Below, in pieces: positions 38,796-42,905 of a DNA stretch of 42,905 nucleotides (the first letter of the stretch is position 1; each line of letters opens with the position of its first letter). The stretch lies in the IMG/VR virus record IMGVR_UViG_3300044837_000070, positions 1 through 42,905 of that record, one strand, 5' to 3'. Position numbers and translations under genes: made by a program. Source of the stretch: a virus. Under the pieces are notes generated by a model, which was given only the letters and a program-made list of their open reading frames with translations, ran no database searches and had not been told where the DNA came from.

Positions 38796-39230
38796 TCACT
38801 CAGCCGTTCTGTACTTCTTTTTCAAGAGATTTGTACAGGTTCGACAATTACGTGTTCCGTTTTTACGGATAATCGTGTTCGCTGTATTAAACTCATGTCC
38901 ATTCTTACAGTGCGACTTGGCTCTGCTGGTTGCTGCAATCGTATCACCTCGATAGAGGTTCTCAGCTTGCGTGACAAGTTCTAAATGCTCTGGATTCACA
39001 CAGGCTCGTACCTTACAGAGATGGTCTATGACCAAACCCGTAGGTATATCGCCAATGTAAATTGTATAGGCATACCGATGAGCTTTGTGGGTCTTACCGT
39101 TTTTACGATAATATCCGTAGCCACCGATATTCTTAGCTCCTATCCACAACCAGCAGGAATCAGTTTTGATGATATGTGATTCAAATATTGTATCCATATC
39201 CTGATTATACCATTTTGGCAGCCCTTCCAC
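38796..39230 (-). CDS. HNH endonuclease (144 aa)
   Basis: GYGYY...HKAHRYAY...VIDHLCKVRACVNPEHLELVTQAEN plus a C-terminal HCKNGHEF...NCRTC zinc motif. GTG start. Confidence 0.8.
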   Translation of the reverse strand: MEGLPKWYNQDMDTIFESHIIKTDSCWLWIGAKNIGGYGYYRKNGKTHKAHRYAYTIYIGDIPTGLVIDHLCKVRACVNPEHLELVTQAENLYRGDTIAATSRAKSHCKNGHEFNTANTIIRKNGTRNCRTCTNLLKKKYRTAE

Positions 39231-39263
39231 TACTAGCTTTGTTGCCGTGCCTAAGCACTCGGT

Positions 39264-39461
39264 CTAACGGGCAACACTTAATGATTCTAATTTATATTCG
39301 GTCTTACGTTGTTTCTTCAAGAGCTGGTGCATTTTTATCGCACGCTTAGCTTCCTTGATAACTTTACGCTGCTCTTTAATTCTTGCGTCGTGGCCATCTA
39401 AACTTATTAGGTAGTTCTGGCGACGTTTCTTTGCTTCTTCGTGTGTGTTTTTCTTAGCCAT
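39264..39461 (-). CDS. Small highly basic protein (65 aa)
   Basis: RBS AAAAAGGAGCTATA. Lys/Arg-rich helical sequence. Confidence 0.7.
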   Translation of the reverse strand: MAKKNTHEEAKKRRQNYLISLDGHDARIKEQRKVIKEAKRAIKMHQLLKKQRKTEYKLESLSVAR

Positions 39462-39577
39462 TATAGCTCCTTTTTATTTAGTTGAACCGTTTAGCTGCCT
39501 TGTGCCTAGCGTGCGGGAGCATATCATCCCTTGTGCTAATTTGGTTCTTGTGACCCCTTCGTTTCGGTCGTGCCCTT

Positions 39578-39606
39578 ATAATAGCATACTCAGTAAGCGA
39601 ATGCAA
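39578..39606 (-). promoter_or_regulatory. Early promoter TTGCAT-17-TATTAT
   Basis: TTGCAT TCGCTTACTGAGTATGC TATTAT, directly after the NinG stop. Followed by AAACGAAGGGG and a leader of about 110 nt. Confidence 0.7.
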
Positions 39607-39609
39607 TAG

Positions 39610-40026
39610 TTAGGCCAATAATGCTTTCGCTTTCTCTTTATATTCAGCCTCTATCTCTATAAACTGATAAAGCTTATACTGTTTTGTCTCTCTTTTAAGG
39701 TTCATAAACTCTAGAACTTTCTCTCTGCCCCATTCGTCAATCATAAATAAGGTGTAGGCCTTATAATTCCCTCCGAGGCCTCTAGGAGGTTTACCATTAC
39801 AGAAGCCGCACTGGGAGTAGACAATCCTCTCGTCAAATAGAACAGCGTTACCTCTGCCTTCTACGAAATGCCCCGCTTGAAGGGCCTTTTTTGGCATAAA
39901 TCTCTTACAGGTAATACACATACCGTTATCAGGATCACCCGTGAACCTAAGACAATCCCTTATGCGGATAAACTGACTGAAGCTTTCCCACGCCCTATCT
40001 TTAGCTATAGCTCTAGGAGTCTTCAC
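39610..40026 (-). CDS. ninG: NinG-family protein (138 aa from GTG 40026)
   Basis: FSQFIRIRDC...GMCITCKR...QAGHFV...SQCGFCNG fits lambda NinG-type proteins. GTG 40026 has AAGGAG 7 nt upstream. The track start ATG 40071 lacks an SD and overlaps a well-signalled small ORF. Confidence 0.7.
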   Translation of the reverse strand: MKTPRAIAKDRAWESFSQFIRIRDCLRFTGDPDNGMCITCKRFMPKKALQAGHFVEGRGNAVLFDERIVYSQCGFCNGKPPRGLGGNYKAYTLFMIDEWGREKVLEFMNLKRETKQYKLYQFIEIEAEYKEKAKALLA

Positions 40027-40153
40027 GCGCCAACTCCTTGATGGCTTTTGCTGCATACTGAATTGGATCATTTAATACATGCTTCCCTCTACCAGCAGAC
40101 ACTCCTGCATCGTAGAGGTTCTTGAGAATTCTGAATAATTTAGAACCGTTCAT
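40013..40153 (-). CDS. Small early ORF (46 aa)
   Basis: RBS AGAGAGGACAA before ATG 40153. MNGSKLFRILKNLYDAGVSAGRGKHVLNDPIQYAAKAIKELAREDS. Ends 14 nt inside ninG. Confidence 0.45.
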   Translation of the reverse strand: MNGSKLFRILKNLYDAGVSAGRGKHVLNDPIQYAAKAIKELAREDS

Positions 40154-40185
40154 CTTGTCCTCTCTTACTGTCTAAGTGGGTGGGG

Positions 40186-40416
40186 TTAGTCATCACTACT
40201 AGCTTCTTCGGTTAAGAATTGGCTTTGTATTTGTCTGATGTGCATATTCTGTTTGCCTAGTTTGTGCCATTCTCGGATAGACAAGACAATGACAAGCCCT
40301 CCGACATTCATTCCGATATTCCCCTCGGCTGTAACGTGAATAGAGGGTGCGTAATAATCTTCCCGTTCTCTAAACAGCTCAACATCTGTATTCTTGATTG
40401 GTGCGTTTTCTTTCAT
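40186..40416 (-). CDS. Early hypothetical protein (76 aa)
   Basis: Track ORF in the co-directional early block. Confidence 0.7.
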   Translation of the reverse strand: MKENAPIKNTDVELFREREDYYAPSIHVTAEGNIGMNVGGLVIVLSIREWHKLGKQNMHIRQIQSQFLTEEASSDD

Positions 40417-40461
40417 ATCTTCTCTTTCCCCGCGGGATTTCCGCGGTGTAGCGTCTTTTAT

Positions 40462-40638
40462 TTATTGAAGTTCTACCAAAGCTTTATTCACAGCTTGCAT
40501 CAATTCAAGTCTATTCATCTCATCGGCTCTAATCGCGATGAACTTTTCACCGCAAGATACAGTTACAACAGAAATATACTCTTCTGTCTCATCATCAAAG
40601 ACACGCTGGTTGTACTCCACATAAATCTGCTTAGACAT
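40462..40638 (-). CDS. Early hypothetical protein (58 aa from ATG 40638)
   Basis: ATG 40638 overlaps the upstream stop (ATGTCTAA) with GAGGG upstream. The track start is at 40659. Confidence 0.6.
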   Translation of the reverse strand: MSKQIYVEYNQRVFDDETEEYISVVTVSCGEKFIAIRADEMNRLELMQAVNKALVELQ

Positions 40639-40891
40639 CTTTTCTGCCCTCATCATCAAAATAATACATAGTTAACCGCATTCTCATCACACTCTCTTCA
40701 ACTCCATACTTCTGAGCTAAAAACCTAATCTTATCTTTCGTCTCTATATCTTCGCCCGTTAAATCTAAACCACCTATATCTTCTTTAAGAAACTTCTGAG
40801 GCATAAGTAGGTGCATAGCAAACTTATTAGCTTTTATTTCTTTAGCTCTATGAACAGGGTCTTCAAGCCGTTTATCAATTGTCTTCATCAT
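40631..40891 (-). CDS. ImmA/IrrE-like fragment (86 aa) without an HExxH motif
   Basis: EIKANKFAMHLLMPQKFL matches the E..AN.FA..LLMP helix of ImmA/IrrE metallopeptidases. No HExxH is present upstream of it. Confidence 0.35.
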   Translation of the reverse strand: MMKTIDKRLEDPVHRAKEIKANKFAMHLLMPQKFLKEDIGGLDLTGEDIETKDKIRFLAQKYGVEESVMRMRLTMYYFDDEGRKDV

Positions 40892-40925
40892 AGCACTCCT
40901 TATACTTGTAGTTAGGCACGGTCAT

Positions 40926-41180
40926 TTAGTCTTCGTCCAGTGGTGATACCATAGTTTCAATCATGTTGTAGTTCGGTTGTGTAATTCGGGTGAGGACGTC
41001 TTTAACACCATAGTAGATAGCTTCTGACTTTTGAAGTTGCTCGATTTCCCATTCATTAGGCTTCAAACTGGACGCTTCTGTAGTTGGTCTATCGTGCATA
41101 TGCTCACTTATTAGTAATTTCACTCGGCGGCGTTCGTGTTTCACACCTAATTCGTAAATGAATCTAATCGTTTTAAACAT
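40926..41180 (-). CDS. Early hypothetical protein (84 aa)
   Basis: RBS TAAAGGAGAAACAAG. Confidence 0.7.
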   Translation of the reverse strand: MFKTIRFIYELGVKHERRRVKLLISEHMHDRPTTEASSLKPNEWEIEQLQKSEAIYYGVKDVLTRITQPNYNMIETMVSPLDED

Positions 41181-41192
41181 CTTGTTTCTCCT

Positions 41193-41477
41193 TTAAGTTA
41201 CTCTGTATGTCTGTGGGACGGTTCGTTTCTCCGCCTTTGTCTTTACGAAACGCCCCTTTAAGTCACGAACAACAAACTCCATTGTGCCGACTTGTCCATC
41301 TTGTATAGCTTGAGCATTAGCCATATACCCGTTATGAATTGTAAGATTTGGCGTACCACAGTTTGGGCATGGTACCTCTAGTAGTGTCTTACCGAACTCT
41401 ATAACTATCCTTGACCCAAATAGCCCACCATAACCACAATTATTGCACTTCGCATTTGTTAGATATTGTTTTTCCAT
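41193..41477 (-). CDS. Zinc-ribbon protein (94 aa)
   Basis: CNNCG ... CPNCG Cys dyads. RBS ACAGGAGGAAAAGTA. Confidence 0.7.
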   Translation of the reverse strand: MEKQYLTNAKCNNCGYGGLFGSRIVIEFGKTLLEVPCPNCGTPNLTIHNGYMANAQAIQDGQVGTMEFVVRDLKGRFVKTKAEKRTVPQTYRVT

Positions 41478-41507
41478 TACTTTTCCTCCTGTATGTCTGT
41501 TAAACCG

Positions 41508-41830
41508 TTAGTCATGGTAAACCACCTTCTCACTTAGGGGCTTGTCCGTATCGATTAGGAAGTACTCATATGGCGGGATTGTTAGCTCATTCAACCCATC
41601 TGATATGGTGAGGGATTCAATCTTCCGCCCAAGTAACCCTTTGAATTTTACTCTTACAAAGAACGCTCTGTCTCTCCAAAAGCCTTAGCTATGATTTTTA
41701 GTGCCAAGTCAAACTTCTTTTTCTCACCATTACGAACAGAGATGTACATGTCCATTCCGAGTACTGTTCCTGCATACCAGAGTTTCGGCTTTAGGTATTC
41801 TACGGGTGTTATAGATAGAGGCTTAGACAT
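41508..41830 (-). pseudogene. Apparently frameshifted small gene: 58-aa ORF (41654-41830) plus a start-less -1-frame continuation (41508-41684)
   Basis: ATG 41830 abuts the upstream stop. The ORF ends ...FGETERSL*, while the -1 frame stays open for 58 codons with no ATG/GTG near its beginning. The frames overlap at a T4 run (GCTTTTGG). Confidence 0.35.
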
Positions 41831-42905
41831 CTAGGCTTCTTGCTCGATTAGTAAGTAATCTTCTAGTGGGAGTGAGTTCCCCTGTTCATCTTGGTAGCCG
41901 TTAGCTGTAGCAAGGTCTGCGTCCCCCTTTGCCCCTACTTCGGGCGGAACGAACTTTATAAACTCACGAGGGGTAGAAGCATCTGTCATAACAAGGGCAT
42001 ACTCAGTTACCCCAGTCCCTCGGAAATCTTTACACTCGTATAGTCGATTGCCCTTAACACCCGTATGGATTAACTTAGCTTTGAGTCCTTTAAGCATTTC
42101 TTTTGAGCCTAGCATCGAGAAAGCAATCTCACGCTTATCTGAGTCTTTTATTTCCAAAACTTCTTCTGCTGTAATTTTCTGACTAACAATCTTTTTCCAC
42201 AATTCTACTTCGCCTTCTCCATCGAATCTTTCACCTCTTAAAGCGTGAAACCCCCATCCATCAGGCCATTCGATTGCTTGCCCTATTTCGGAATGTAATT
42301 GTCCCTGTTCGTTTCTTTGAATAATCGAGGGTCGGTTACAGACCATCACAAAGTTAGTATATGGATACCACCATGAGACAGATTTCGCAATATCTTGATA
42401 AGATTCAGCTCTTTCTTTTATGTCTATAGTTGTTTCAAGTCCTGCTACTTCTGTCATAAAACTTACATAGCTCGGTGAGCCTCGCCACCAACCACCAACC
42501 CAGAACTGGCCACCCAGACGGTTATACCAGCTGTTTTCTACAGCACCGTCTACAGCACCGCCTATAGCACCGCGTACAGCACCGTCTACAGCACCGCCTA
42601 CAGCATCGCGTACAGCATCGTCTACAGCACCGCCTACAGCACCGCCTACAGCACCGCGTACAGCACCGCCTACAGCACCGCCTATAGCACCGCCTATAGC
42701 ACCGCGTATAGCACCGTCTACAGCACCGCCTACAGCATCGCGTACAGCACCGCCTACAGCATCGTCTACAGCATCGTCTACAGCACCGTCTACAGCACCG
42801 TCTACAGCACCGCCTATAGCACCGCGTACAGCACCGTCTACAGCACCGCCTACAGCATCGCGTACAGCATCGTCTACAGCATCGCCTACAGCACCGCCTA
42901 CAGCA
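41831..42905 (-). CDS. Tetrapeptide-repeat protein, 3' part (enters from the right window edge; stop at 41831)
   Basis: The frame of track ORF 41831-42457 stays open upstream through ...AVENSWYNRLGGQFWVGGWWRGSPSYVSF-MTEV... and all 30.5 repeat units to 42905. The codon phase matches the fragment at 1-548. Confidence 0.85.
   Translation of the reverse strand, partial: AVGGAVGDAVDDAVRDAVGGAVDGAVRGAIGGAVDGAVDGAVDDAVDDAVGGAVRDAVGGAVDGAIRGAIGGAIGGAVGGAVRGAVGGAVGGAVDDAVRDAVGGAVDGAVRGAIGGAVDGAVENSWYNRLGGQFWVGGWWRGSPSYVSFMTEVAGLETTIDIKERAESYQDIAKSVSWWYPYTNFVMVCNRPSIIQRNEQGQLHSEIGQAIEWPDGWGFHALRGERFDGEGEVELWKKIVSQKITAEEVLEIKDSDKREIAFSMLGSKEMLKGLKAKLIHTGVKGNRLYECKDFRGTGVTEYALVMTDASTPREFIKFVPPEVGAKGDADLATANGYQDEQGNSLPLEDYLLIEQEA
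42540..42905 (-). repeat. 12-nt tandem repeat array, 30 complete units plus a 6-nt partial unit
   Basis: Units start at 42540+12k with the same consensus AYAGCAYCGYST and the same four variable positions as 1-300. Confidence 0.97.

Noticed and set aside
38796-39230. HNH gene as the ORF of a group I intron interrupting a host gene
   Set aside because: The flanking ORFs have their own stop (39264) and their own SD plus ATG (38506). Neither is a conserved gene that would need splicing, and I could not recognise a P7/P3-type intron core.
42540-42905. A diversity-generating retroelement acting on the variable repeat positions
   Set aside because: No reverse transcriptase or template/variable repeat pair is recognisable anywhere in the window. 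The variation is biallelic at fixed sites (three G/A and one G/C on the coding strand) rather than adenine-specific mutagenesis.
1-42905. Lysogeny module (integrase, CI/Cro, attP)
   Set aside because: No tyrosine or serine recombinase motifs were recognised. The only hints are small HTH proteins and an ImmA-like fragment, so lifestyle cannot be called from this sequence.

Overview
This 42,905-bp window reads as one complete, gene-dense genome of a tailed dsDNA phage, linearised inside a gene. Both window ends lie in the same 12-nt tandem-repeat array, on the same strand and in continuous codon phase.

Most coding is on the minus strand in one co-directional series:
- Early genes (1880 to 1, continuing 42905 to 34802): ERF recombinase, many small ORFs, two HNH endonucleases, NinG, YopX.
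- Packaging and virion genes (34699 to 12068): TerS-like, GpA-type TerL, portal, scaffold, capsid, several tail-fibre proteins, Gln- and Gly-rich internal proteins.
- A lysis block (9269 to 6633).

Two plus-strand islands interrupt this: a GroES-like/GroEL-like chaperonin operon (9451-11952) and part of an accessory cassette.

The most unusual observations:
1. A junction-spanning protein carries about 55 copies of a 12-nt unit. Its only variable sites are four non-synonymous positions, encoding (G/D/R)(G/D)A(V/I).
2. A perfect 1,948-bp tandem duplication (2308-6235) covers a five-gene accessory cassette and its regulatory region. The junctions are a 32-bp repeat holding the RBS and start of one of the duplicated genes.
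3. Inside the duplicated regulatory region, a sigma70-like promoter is followed at once by a 16-nt motif and an intrinsic terminator.
4. A recurrent module of promoter, GC hairpin, U-tract, RBS and ATG sits in front of the capsid gene and several other virion genes.
5. A family of near-identical early promoters carries a 12-nt element in either orientation.

I recognised no tRNA, rRNA, CRISPR array, integrase, DNA/RNA polymerase or reverse transcriptase. Functional names rest on motifs I recognise by eye; no database search was possible. Hand-derived coordinates were cross-checked against ORF-track boundaries but may be off by a base or two.
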